A stretch of DNA of 20,000 nucleotides from an uncultured virus (IMG/VR IMGVR_UViG_3300037493_005394). Taxonomy: Duplodnaviria > Heunggongvirae > Uroviricota > Caudoviricetes. The position numbers were made by a program, and so were the translations under genes. Of this stretch, positions 1 through 7,952 are shown one piece after another; positions within the stretch are counted from its first letter, which is position 1, and every line of letters begins with the position of its first letter. The stretch lies in the IMG/VR virus record IMGVR_UViG_3300037493_005394, one strand, 5' to 3'. The notes under the pieces are model-generated. The model searched no databases and was not told the origin of the DNA. It saw only the letters and a program-made list of their open reading frames with translations.

Positions 1-2
1 GG

Positions 3-635
3 GGGACCGCGTTGAAACCGGCGATAGAGATCGCGGTATTGGTGCGCAAGCCCCTGAGCGAGGGCACGGTGGCTAAAAATGTGCTGCGACACGGGACGGG
101 GGGCCTAAATATCGACGCCTGCCGCGTGCCCACGGCGTCCGCGGATGCGGCGGCGCGGCCCCTGGACACGATGAAGGGCCGCTGGCCGGCTAATGTGGTG
201 CACGATGGGAGCGAGGAGGTCGAGGCGGCCTTTGCGGCTTACGGGGCGCGCGGGCAGTGCGCGCCGGTTAAGGGGACGGAGCCGAGTGCGCCTAGCAAGC
301 ATGTGTATGGCACGTACAAAAGGACGGTAGCGACACAGTTTCAAGGGCGGGTGGACAGCGCGGCCCGGTTTTTTTACACGGCCAAGGCGAGTGGGGAGGA
401 CCGCGAGTTTGGAAATAATCACGTAACGGTCAAGCCCCTGGCGCTCATGCGCTGGTTGGTCCGGCTCGTGACGCGCCCTGGCGGCGTAGTGCTCGATCCT
501 TTTATGGGCAGCGGCTCGACGGGGCGCGCGTGCCAGGCTGAGGGGTTTAGGTTTATTGGGATCGAGCGCGAGGCGGACTATGTGGCGATCGCGCAGCGGC
601 GCCTGCTCGCGCAGGAGGTCGAGGTTTTGTCATGA
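3..635 (+). CDS. DNA methyltransferase (N4-C/N6-A family), C-terminal part, 5'-truncated by the window edge
   Basis: Frame is open from position 3 (GTALKPAIE...). Contains GGLNIDACRV, GRWPANVVHDGS, RFFYTAKAS, NNHVTVKPLALMRWLVRL and the SAM-binding VLDPFMGSGSTG...FIGIE motifs typical of phage MTases. Confidence 0.92.
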   Translation, partial: GTALKPAIEIAVLVRKPLSEGTVAKNVLRHGTGGLNIDACRVPTASADAAARPLDTMKGRWPANVVHDGSEEVEAAFAAYGARGQCAPVKGTEPSAPSKHVYGTYKRTVATQFQGRVDSAARFFYTAKASGEDREFGNNHVTVKPLALMRWLVRLVTRPGGVVLDPFMGSGSTGRACQAEGFRFIGIEREADYVAIAQRRLLAQEVEVLS

Positions 636-847
636 CGGAGGTGCGCGAGGCGCGGGTCTACCGCCTCTCCCGGCAGGAGGCCGTGGAGCTGCTGACGGAT
701 GGCCTCAAGGCGCGTGGCATAGCGGTGCCCCCCTATGACTGGGCGCGGCTGGACCTCGACACGCCCAACAATACGATTCAACTCACGATCGTGGCGGTGC
801 CGCCGGGGACCGTGGTAACGTCGACCCCGGCGATCAGGCTCAACTGA
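632..847 (+). CDS. hypothetical protein (71 aa)
   Basis: ATGA overlap with the MTase stop; GGAGG upstream; GC3-rich codons. Confidence 0.7.
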   Translation: MTEVREARVYRLSRQEAVELLTDGLKARGIAVPPYDWARLDLDTPNNTIQLTIVAVPPGTVVTSTPAIRLN

Positions 848-903
848 CGCTGCGTATGCGCGTACGCAAGGAGCGAGGGACTCTGGTGTTTAATCAATGC
901 TTG

Positions 904-925
904 AATGTGAGTCATGATTCACATT
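904..925. promoter_or_regulatory. 22-bp near-perfect palindrome upstream of tnpB (operator or end hairpin)
   Basis: AATGTGA-G-TCATGA-T-TCACATT, with a single G/T mismatch. Confidence 0.55.
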
Positions 926-947
926 TTGCCCATGTCAGGTCAAAGTC

Positions 948-2135
948 GTGAACCGCACGCATAAAATCGCGTTGGATCCCACATCTAGCCAGGTCGGCTA
1001 TTTTCGGCGGGCCTGTGGCGTGGCGCGGTTTACGTACAACTGGGGGCTAGCCGAGTGGCAGCGCCAATATGCCGAGGGGCAGAAACCCAGCGGGGCAGCG
1101 CTCAAGAAGCAGTTCAACGCCCTGCGCCATGTGGATTTTCCGTGGTCTGGCGAGGTGCTGCGCGACGCGACGGCCCAGCCGTTTGCAAACCTGCAGCGGG
1201 CCTATCAGAACTTCTTCGCGAAGCGGGGCAAGCATCCTACCTTTAAAAAGAAGGGCCGCCATGACAGCTTTTACATTGCGAACGACAAGTTTTCGGTAGA
1301 GGGCGAGAAGATCCGTATCCCCCATGTTGGGTGGGTGCAGATGCGTGAAGCCTTGCGGTTTGAAGGCCGGATTCAATCGGCGGTAGTGTCCCGAACAGCG
1401 CATCGGTGGTTTGTGGCGATAGCGGTCGAGGTGCCCGATCAACTCATCACGCGCGAGAACCAAGCGGTGGTGGGGGTGGATCTGGGGATTAAGGCGCTGG
1501 CGACGCTTTCCACGGGTGAGTCGATTTTGGCACCAAAACCGTTGAAGGCCTCATTGGAAAAGCTGCGCCGGTTAAGTCGGAGCGTGGCGCGCAAACAGAA
1601 GGGATCGGCGAACCGGGCCAAGGCTGTAAGGCGCTTGGTGCGGGTTCATTACCGGATTGCCTGTGTGCGCAACGATGCCTTGCACAAGCTCACAACGGGG
1701 CTTGTGGAGCGGTTTGGAACCGTGGTGATCGAGGATTTGAACGTCAAAGGGATGGTGAAAAACCACTGCCTGGCCAGGGCGATTTCCGACCTTGGGTTTG
1801 GGGAGTTCCGGCGACAACTGGAGTACAAAGCCCCCGCAAAAGGCGTGAGGATCGTGGTGGCGGATCGGTGGTTTCCGTCCTCGAAGACGTGTGCAGACTG
1901 TGGATTTGTGGTGGATATTCTGCCGCTGTCGGTTCGAGAATGGGCGTGTCCCGAATGTGGGGTAGTCCATGACCGGGACGTGAATGCGGCGATCAATCTG
2001 GAAAAGCTAGGGCGGGCTACGCCCGAAGAAACGCCTGTGGAGAAGAAGGCTCTGGCGCGGCCGAAATGGCGCGTGAAACCGGCCTCGCGGAAGCAGGAAC
2101 CAACCGGTGCGCACCTTTGCGCACCAGAAAGATAG
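948..2135 (+). CDS. tnpB: RNA-guided endonuclease TnpB, catalytic triad intact
   Basis: N-terminal HKIALDP...ARFTYNWGL helix region; RuvC-I VGVDLGIK; RuvC-II VIEDLNV; Zn ribbon CADC/CPEC; RuvC-III HDRDVNAAINL. Confidence 0.96.
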   Translation: MNRTHKIALDPTSSQVGYFRRACGVARFTYNWGLAEWQRQYAEGQKPSGAALKKQFNALRHVDFPWSGEVLRDATAQPFANLQRAYQNFFAKRGKHPTFKKKGRHDSFYIANDKFSVEGEKIRIPHVGWVQMREALRFEGRIQSAVVSRTAHRWFVAIAVEVPDQLITRENQAVVGVDLGIKALATLSTGESILAPKPLKASLEKLRRLSRSVARKQKGSANRAKAVRRLVRVHYRIACVRNDALHKLTTGLVERFGTVVIEDLNVKGMVKNHCLARAISDLGFGEFRRQLEYKAPAKGVRIVVADRWFPSSKTCADCGFVVDILPLSVREWACPECGVVHDRDVNAAINLEKLGRATPEETPVEKKALARPKWRVKPASRKQEPTGAHLCAPER

Positions 2136-2158
2136 CAGCGAGGGCCATGAAGGACGAT
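2008..2158 (+). ncRNA. Predicted TnpB omegaRNA: scaffold about 2008-2138 overlapping the tnpB 3' end, guide from 2139
   Basis: Hairpin GGGCG/CGCCC (2010-2024), GCCTGTGGAGA (2033-2043), GTGAAAC, GAAGCAGGAA (2090-2099), hairpin GGTGCGCA/TGCGCACC (2106-2125), end TAGCAG. Boundaries are inferred. Confidence 0.7.
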
Positions 2159-2509
2159 GATCAGTACATCTCTAAGCGGTGGATCTTGGTCATGGTGGGC
2201 ATTTTCTTTGGGGCGGGGATCGGCATTGGCATGCTGGTGATGGCGCTGGTGGGGGCGCTGACGGGGTGCGACCTCGTGAAGAAGGATACGGATGGGTGCG
2301 CGCCCGAGGCCCTGCGGTGTGCGGGGCCGCGCCTGGAGGTCTGCGACGCGGACCGCAACTGGGGCCTCGTCGCGGACTGCGCGACCGTGACGCCGGGCCT
2401 GTGGGTGTGCTGCCCCGCGCAGGAGACCTGCGTGCCGGCCGCGGCGTGCGGCGGGGATGCGGGCGACCATTTTGCTGATGCCGGCAAGATGGTCGACGCG
2501 GGCCCATGA
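2147..2509 (+). CDS. Cys-rich predicted lipoprotein/membrane protein
   Basis: Long hydrophobic segment ending in lipobox-like LTG-C, multiple Cys, DAG repeats at the C-terminus. ATG 2147 preferred over 2066, which lies inside tnpB. Confidence 0.7.
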   Translation: MKDDDQYISKRWILVMVGIFFGAGIGIGMLVMALVGALTGCDLVKKDTDGCAPEALRCAGPRLEVCDADRNWGLVADCATVTPGLWVCCPAQETCVPAAACGGDAGDHFADAGKMVDAGP

Positions 2510-2649
2510 AGAAGGATGAGCGCGAGTACCAGGCCAACTTCGAGCGACGCCTGCGGGCACGGGTGACGGGCGAGGTGGAGGAGTGGCGGATGGAATCTCT
2601 CTGGACGGGGGAAGTAAGGAGTCATTGTGACGATGAGCCCAACGACTAA
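2506..2649 (+). CDS. small hypothetical protein (47 aa, MKKDEREYQANFERRLRARV...)
   Basis: ATGA overlap with the previous stop; fills the gap; below the ORF-track cutoff. Confidence 0.5.
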   Translation: MKKDEREYQANFERRLRARVTGEVEEWRMESLWTGEVRSHCDDEPND

Positions 2650-3277
2650 GCACCATGCGCTGACCCCGGCCCTGGTGATCGATCTTTACGGGTACATGAG
2701 CGAGGTCTACCACAGCCGGGTGGTACCCAAGGGCGGATCGCACGCGATGAAGGCGGCGGGATGGGCGCTCGACCTCATGGGGGTCCAGGATGCGTCGACC
2801 TTCATGACGCGGTACACGACGACGATCGGGCACACCATCTACGTGCCGTATGTCGTGGGGGAGACGCAGGATCCCGCGGTGTTGGCCAAGCAGATCGCGA
2901 CGTGCGTCCATGAGCACCAGCACGTGGAGCAGTACGACGTGGGGGGCTGGCGCTGGCAGTGGGCGTACCTGACCGACCCCACGGCGCGGGCGCGCTACGA
3001 GGCGGAGGCCTATGCGACGAACCTAGAGATGGCCTATTGGTACGATGGGGGGCGCCTCGACCCGGTGGCCCTTGCGGCCAAGCTCAAGGCCTATGGGTGC
3101 GGGACCGCGGACATCGCGGTGGCGGCGCGGATGCTGGCGGCCTCCGCGAGCATTGCGTGGCGCGGGGGGATCGCGCACACCCCGAGCCGGCGCGCCATTG
3201 CGTGGCTGGAGACCCATGCCCCCACGGTGCGCCTCAGCGCTGCGGCCTGGGAGCCCATCGGTTACAACCCTCTCTGA
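2627..3277 (+). CDS. HExxH zincin-like putative metallopeptidase
   Basis: TTTIGHTIY strand, CVHEHQHVEQY motif and downstream YEAEAY third-ligand helix; AAGGAG RBS upstream. Confidence 0.65.
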   Translation: MTMSPTTKHHALTPALVIDLYGYMSEVYHSRVVPKGGSHAMKAAGWALDLMGVQDASTFMTRYTTTIGHTIYVPYVVGETQDPAVLAKQIATCVHEHQHVEQYDVGGWRWQWAYLTDPTARARYEAEAYATNLEMAYWYDGGRLDPVALAAKLKAYGCGTADIAVAARMLAASASIAWRGGIAHTPSRRAIAWLETHAPTVRLSAAAWEPIGYNPL

Positions 3278-3308
3278 GGCCCCCCCCCACACCCCCGTCG
3301 ATCTGTTG

Positions 3309-3337
3309 TTGACAAACCCGGTTGGCGGCGTTACGTT
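3309..3337 (+). promoter_or_regulatory. sigma70-type promoter
   Basis: TTGACA-N17-TACGTT in the intergenic gap before the helicase. Confidence 0.75.
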
Positions 3338-3366
3338 TTCAATGGGCATGGTCCCATCAACAAACC

Positions 3367-3379
3367 GGCGCCTGGCGCC
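3367..3379. promoter_or_regulatory. palindromic site GGCGCC-T-GGCGCC, copy 1
   Basis: Identical copy at 10817-10829; both lie between a TTGACAAACC promoter and the start codon. Confidence 0.55.
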
Positions 3380-3390
3380 AGGAGGCCTCA

Positions 3391-5799
3391 ATGGAAGCCA
3401 ACACGATCATCACCCTCGCTGCCCTCGCCGCTCTCCCCGCCGACGCCCTGCGCGCCCTCGCCCAGCAACTGCACGCGGCCGTGCGCGCCCTCGCGGGCGT
3501 CTGCGACGGTGCAAAATCTAAGGACGATCGGGGGTTCAGCGCCAGCGACACGGCCTATGGCAAGGCCATCGCGGCGGTAGCCCCCGAGGCCTGGACGGCC
3601 GAGGACGTAGCGGCCGTGGCGGCCCTCTGCCGTACCTATAAGGGGCAGCTCGCGGGGTTCGGCCTCGACGTGGAGGCGTTACCCCGCGTCGACGTCGATC
3701 GGCGGGCCAATTACGAGCACTTTAGAGCACGTGTGGCGGCGGCAGCGCGCAAGGCCGTGCAGGCGGCCTATGTCGCCAGCGCGGGGACCGCAGCAGATCG
3801 TACGCGGGCGGCGGATCTCGCGTGCCTCGCGTGGGTGGAGGGGCAGGAGCTGGTCTTCCAGACGCCGTATGACGTGGCTTTCGTCGCGGCGGTCAAGGCG
3901 TGCGAGGGGCGCCGCTGGGACGGCATGTACTGGCGCGTGGCCATGCGGCCCAATGCGGGGGCCCTCCTTGCCCTCCTCGACACGTTCGAGGTCGCCTGCC
4001 CGGCGGAGGCCCGCGCCCTGCTCCAGGCTCATGCGGCGGATGCGGCGGCCCCCAAGGCCGAGGCCCCCAAGGCCGACCACGTGACCCTCGTGGACGGTCA
4101 GATTATCCTGCGCACCCCCTACAGCCCCGAGGCCACCGCGGCGATCAAGGCCCTGCAGGGCCGCCGCTGGGACGGCGAGCGCAAGGTGTGGGTCGTCACG
4201 GCGACGGCGGAGAACTGCACGGCGGTCCAGGCCCTCGCGGGCCGCTTCAACTGGCGCGTGGCGGCGGCGGTGGCCACGTTCGGGCAGGCGATGGTGGCCC
4301 AGGCCCTAGCCAACGTCGAGGCGAGCCGCGCGGCCGACGCCGAGGTGACCCTGAGCGGGTTGGCTGCTGGCGTCACCCCCTACCCCTTCCAGCGCGCCGG
4401 CATCGCCTACGCCGTGGCCAACCGTAACGTCCTAATCGCTGATGATGTTGGCTTAGGAAAATCTCCACAGTCCATGATCACGGTCGAGCAGCTCGGCGCC
4501 TACCCCTGCCTCGTGGTCGCCCCGAAGGCGGTCAAGCGCCAGTGGCGCAAGGAGATCATCAAGTTCCTCACCGGCCGCACCTCCAGCGAGGTCAACGGCA
4601 AGATCGACCTCAGCGGCGACTTCGTGATCGTGAATTACGCCCAGCTCAGCAAGCTGACCGTCGCCGTCCATGTGCCGGGTAAGGGTGGCGCGATGCGCAC
4701 GGTGTACGAGCCCACTCCCGAGGTCGTGGCGCGTGGCTTCCGATCGATCATTGTCGACGAGTGTCAAGCATGCAAGGACGGGCAGTCGCTTCAGAGTAAG
4801 CGCGTTAAGGGCCTTGCGGGCCTTCCCGGCCTTCAGTGCCGCTTGCTCCTCACCGCGACCCCGATCATGAACCGCCCCGTGGAGCTGGTGCATCAACTCG
4901 ACGTGCTCGGGCGCCTCGGCGAGTTCGGCGGCTTCTGGGCGTTCGTGAAGCAGTATTGCAAGGCCACGCAGGGCCGCTACGGGTGGGACCTCAGCGGCGC
5001 CAGCAACCTCGGCGAGCTGAACCGCCGTCTGCGCGCGACCTGCATGGTGCGCCGCGAGAAGGCGGACGTTGTGAAAGAGTTGCCGGCCCTCCAGCGGACC
5101 GTGGTGCCCTGTGAGATCCGGGACAAGGCCGCCTTCGCGGACGCCATGTGCGACGCCATCGCGTGGCTCCGCGAGGCCAAGGGCTCGCTATCGGAGCGCG
5201 CGTTCCACGCCGAGGCCCTGGTGAAGATCAACGCCCTCCGCCAGATGGCCGCCGAGTTTAAGCTTGCCAGCGCGGTCGACTGGATCGAGGCGTGGCTTGA
5301 CGGCGCCGAGGGGCAGAAGCTCGTGGTGTTCGCGCACCACCGGGACATCCAGGCCAAGCTCGCGGCGGCCCTCGCCCCCTACGGGGCCGTGGCCCTCAGC
5401 GGGGAGAGCACGGACCGCGAGCGCGCGGACGCCGTGGACCGCTTCTGGAAGGATCCTGCGTGCCGCGTGATCGTGTGCAGCCTCAAGGCCGCCGGCGTGG
5501 GCCTGAACCTCCAGTGTGCGGGGACCGTGGCCTTCGTGGAGTTCGGGTGGCACGCCGCGGACATGAACCAGGCCGAGGGGCGTGTGCACCGCATCGGCAG
5601 CGAGGCCGAGTCGATCAACTCTTACTGGCTCGCTGGTGAGGACACGTTCGACACTGACATGATCGAGCTGATCGAGAGCAAGCGCGCGGTGGCTGACGCC
5701 GCGGTGATCGGGGCGGGGGGCGCGGAGGCCGTGCAGGACGTGGTGGCGTGGTTCGCGGGGCTCGCCACGCGGTTTATGGTGGCCCAGGGCCGCGAGTAG
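3391..5799 (+). CDS. SNF2-family helicase with two HARP-like repeats (SMARCAL1-like annealing helicase)
   Basis: PYPFQ Q-motif, IADDVGLGKS (I), IVDECQ (II), LLLTATP (III), LVVFAHH (IV), GVGLNLQ (V), QAEGRVHRIG (VI). Repeats TPYD..VKACEGRRWDG..WRV and TPYS..IKALQGRRWDGERKVWVV. AGGAGG RBS supports ATG 3391. Confidence 0.92.
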   Translation: MEANTIITLAALAALPADALRALAQQLHAAVRALAGVCDGAKSKDDRGFSASDTAYGKAIAAVAPEAWTAEDVAAVAALCRTYKGQLAGFGLDVEALPRVDVDRRANYEHFRARVAAAARKAVQAAYVASAGTAADRTRAADLACLAWVEGQELVFQTPYDVAFVAAVKACEGRRWDGMYWRVAMRPNAGALLALLDTFEVACPAEARALLQAHAADAAAPKAEAPKADHVTLVDGQIILRTPYSPEATAAIKALQGRRWDGERKVWVVTATAENCTAVQALAGRFNWRVAAAVATFGQAMVAQALANVEASRAADAEVTLSGLAAGVTPYPFQRAGIAYAVANRNVLIADDVGLGKSPQSMITVEQLGAYPCLVVAPKAVKRQWRKEIIKFLTGRTSSEVNGKIDLSGDFVIVNYAQLSKLTVAVHVPGKGGAMRTVYEPTPEVVARGFRSIIVDECQACKDGQSLQSKRVKGLAGLPGLQCRLLLTATPIMNRPVELVHQLDVLGRLGEFGGFWAFVKQYCKATQGRYGWDLSGASNLGELNRRLRATCMVRREKADVVKELPALQRTVVPCEIRDKAAFADAMCDAIAWLREAKGSLSERAFHAEALVKINALRQMAAEFKLASAVDWIEAWLDGAEGQKLVVFAHHRDIQAKLAAALAPYGAVALSGESTDRERADAVDRFWKDPACRVIVCSLKAAGVGLNLQCAGTVAFVEFGWHAADMNQAEGRVHRIGSEAESINSYWLAGEDTFDTDMIELIESKRAVADAAVIGAGGAEAVQDVVAWFAGLATRFMVAQGRE

Positions 5800-5828
5800 T
5801 TGACAAACCGGGCGGGGCGTGCTAACGC
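5800..5828 (+). promoter_or_regulatory. sigma70-type promoter
   Basis: TTGACA-N17-TAACGC with TG extension, starting immediately after the helicase stop; the -10 lacks the final T. Confidence 0.55.
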
Positions 5829-5865
5829 CTTTGCAGGCCCTAGGGGCCAGGGGGGGAGGATCATC

Positions 5866-6072
5866 ATGGATGCGCAGGGCACACGGATGCTAGAGCATGA
5901 GGGTAAGTTCGTGGGGCGCCGCGCCTGCGTGCTGCGGGGCGGCCCCATGTGGGCGGGTCTCCTCGCGGCGGAGCACGGGGACAAGCCGGCGGCGCTAGTG
6001 GCCGAGGTCGAGGTGGGGCGGGATCGGATCGCGCGGGCCGTCGTGGCGGCGGCGCTGCGGGGGCGGGCATGA
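5866..6072 (+). CDS. hypothetical protein
   Basis: GGAGG RBS before ATG 5866; stop overlaps the next start. Confidence 0.6.
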   Translation: MDAQGTRMLEHEGKFVGRRACVLRGGPMWAGLLAAEHGDKPAALVAEVEVGRDRIARAVVAAALRGRA

Positions 6073-6287
6073 CGCCCTGGGAGTGGATGCGTTCGCCCGC
6101 GCATGCGCATGCGCAGGAAGAGGTCTTGTTGGAGGCGCATGCCTTCCTTGACTATATGCGGGTGCACTGGGCTGAGGTGGCGCCGTGCTCCTGCCACCAG
6201 ATCGAGGGGCACGCCCCGGACTGCGCCTACGAGCGCACGACGGAGTGCCTGCGTGTGGCTTTTTTTGCGGCGCGCGCGGATGCCTGA
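6069..6287 (+). CDS. hypothetical protein with CxC..H..C motif
   Basis: ATGA overlap; CSCHQIEGHAPDC. Confidence 0.6.
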   Translation: MTPWEWMRSPAHAHAQEEVLLEAHAFLDYMRVHWAEVAPCSCHQIEGHAPDCAYERTTECLRVAFFAARADA

Positions 6288-6523
6288 TGGACCGCGTGCT
6301 GAGCTGGAAGGATGCCCTCGCGGTCTACAAGGCCGTGCGGGGGTACGCGGGGGCCCTGACCCCCGAGGAGCGGCGGACCATGGTGGAGGCCCAGGGGGCC
6401 CTCTTGGGGCGCTGCTGCGGGCAGACGAACCCCATGAGCCGGGCGCAGCTCGACGCCGTGCTGGCCATCGGCGCCAAGGCGCTGGCGTACGCGCATGCGC
6501 ACGGGATCGGGATCCCGCGCTGA
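6287..6523 (+). CDS. hypothetical protein
   Basis: TGATG overlap; GC3-rich codons. Confidence 0.6.
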   Translation: MDRVLSWKDALAVYKAVRGYAGALTPEERRTMVEAQGALLGRCCGQTNPMSRAQLDAVLAIGAKALAYAHAHGIGIPR

Positions 6524-6575
6524 ACGGTGGCAGGTTGCGCGCGGGGCTCCCCGCGCAGAGGCTGGAGGTTGAACG

Positions 6576-7223
6576 ATGCAGTGGCAGGCCAACATCCCCG
6601 AGGGGCAGGCCGGGGCGTGGCGCGTGGAGCGCTACGCGGTGTCGCCGGACGACGCGCGGTTCGACATGCTGATGTCGGCCGTCAAGGGGTATCGGCGTGG
6701 GGTCTCCCCGGGCACCTACACGCGCCTCGTGCGCGGGGACACCCTCGTAATGAGCGACACGCCGGATGAGCGGCGCGACCATCACGAGGCCGTGCGCCGG
6801 GCCACGGGGGAGTGCCTCGTGTTCGGGCTCGGCCTCGGGCTCGTGGTCGAGGCCATGCTGGCGCGGCCCGAGGTGACGGGCGTCACGGTCGTGGAGCTGG
6901 CCCCCGAGGTGATCGCCCTCGTGGCGCCGACGCTGCAGGAGCGCTGGGGCCCTCGCCTGGCGATCGTGGAGGGGGACGCTCTCACCTACCGCCTCCCGCG
7001 GGCTGCGGGGCGCGGCCCCCACTACGGGGTGGTGTGGGCCGACATCTGGGACCACATCTGTGCGGAGAACCTGCCAGACATGGCCGCGCTGCGGCGCTAC
7101 TGGCGCCCGCGGGCGGTCTGGGCGGACTGCTGGGCGCGGGGCCCGTGCCAGCGCGCGGCCCGCGCTGAGGTGCGTGATCAGCGGCGGTACAGCTCCATCT
7201 GGGGCAGGGGGGCGACATGCTAA
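6576..7223 (+). CDS. Spermidine-synthase-like class I SAM-dependent methyltransferase fold protein
   Basis: VMSDTPDE, LVFGLGLG, VTVVELAPEVI, IVEGDA, VWADIW motifs; GGAGG RBS. Confidence 0.8.
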   Translation: MQWQANIPEGQAGAWRVERYAVSPDDARFDMLMSAVKGYRRGVSPGTYTRLVRGDTLVMSDTPDERRDHHEAVRRATGECLVFGLGLGLVVEAMLARPEVTGVTVVELAPEVIALVAPTLQERWGPRLAIVEGDALTYRLPRAAGRGPHYGVVWADIWDHICAENLPDMAALRRYWRPRAVWADCWARGPCQRAARAEVRDQRRYSSIWGRGATC

Positions 7224-7459
7224 TCACGTGGAGCGGATTGTGGGCGTGCTATCGCGCGCGGGTGCTCGGGACTCTGGCGATCCTCGCGCTGTGCGCGGTG
7301 CCCCTGGTCTTCCAGCCGGCGCCCGTGCGGGCCTCCGAGGGGCCGCCGGCCGAGCTGCGGGACGTGGTGAGCGCGCTGAAGGACATCAACGGGGCGCTGC
7401 GGGACGTGGCCGAGGGGCTGCGGGCCGTGGAGCGCGCCCTCAAGGAGAGCAAGCGATGA
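7217..7459 (+). CDS. membrane-anchored coiled-coil protein
   Basis: Hydrophobic VLGTLAILALCAVPLVF followed by a heptad pattern. Confidence 0.6.
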   Translation: MLITWSGLWACYRARVLGTLAILALCAVPLVFQPAPVRASEGPPAELRDVVSALKDINGALRDVAEGLRAVERALKESKR

Positions 7460-7743
7460 GCGACAGGGAGCAGGATGCGGTGGCCTCGGTGGGGCAGGAC
7501 GAGGCCCCTCCAGAGGAGGGCGTGCAGGCGCTGGCAGATCTTACGCGGCAGCTGAACGAGCTGGTGCAGGCCATGGTCGAGCAGGAGCAGGTCGGGGTCC
7601 TGGAGCTGCGCGCGGGCGAGGTGGAGGCCTGGACCCGCACGGTGCTGGCGTTGATCTTGGAGGTCATGCCCGCGATCATCCGCTGGGAGGGGCTGGCGGA
7701 CATCGTGTTGGCGGTTCACGCGGATCGCAAGGGGGGCCGATGA
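7456..7743 (+). CDS. hypothetical protein
   Basis: ATGA overlap, AAGGAG RBS; starts MSDREQDAV. Confidence 0.6.
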   Translation: MSDREQDAVASVGQDEAPPEEGVQALADLTRQLNELVQAMVEQEQVGVLELRAGEVEAWTRTVLALILEVMPAIIRWEGLADIVLAVHADRKGGR

Positions 7744-7952
7744 AGGTGTGCGCGGGGTGCCGGGTGGAGTTGCGGTGCCAGAAGAACGGCGTCGTGGTGC
7801 GCATGCGCAGCACGGGCTACTGCCTGCGGGGGGACGTCTTCGAGTGCCCGGCGTGCGGGGCGCGCACGATTATCACGGCTAGCGCGGGCTACACCGAGGA
7901 GGTCACCCTAGTGGGGGAGATCTACTACGACTTGCAGGAGCGCGGGACATGA
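7740..7952 (+). CDS. small Zn-ribbon protein
   Basis: CAGC...CPAC; ATGA overlaps at both ends. Confidence 0.7.
   Translation: MKVCAGCRVELRCQKNGVVVRMRSTGYCLRGDVFECPACGARTIITASAGYTEEVTLVGEIYYDLQERGT

Larger units (their letters stand above)
872..2144 (+). mobile_element. Non-autonomous tnpB-only element (IS607/IS1341-like), 1265-bp insertion bracketed by AGCGAGGG direct repeats
   Basis: AGCGAGGG at 872-879 and 2137-2144; GC lower than flanks; only tnpB inside. Deleting the insert plus one repeat gives AAGGAG-cgagggcc-ATG, a well-spaced RBS for the gene at 2147. Confidence 0.8.

Noticed and set aside
906..923. CRP site TGTGA...TCACA
   Set aside because: Spacer is 8 nt, not 6.
880..947. IStron (group I intron) or tnpA at the left end
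   Set aside because: Only about 70 nt available, too short for either.
948..2135. Nuclease-dead TnpB (TldR) or Cas12f
   Set aside because: All three RuvC acidic residues are present; no CRISPR array; the scaffold overlaps the gene end.
3280..3296. C9 tract upstream of the helicase promoter as a phase-variation switch
   Set aside because: Lies outside the -35/-10 spacer and outside coding sequence; no evidence of function.
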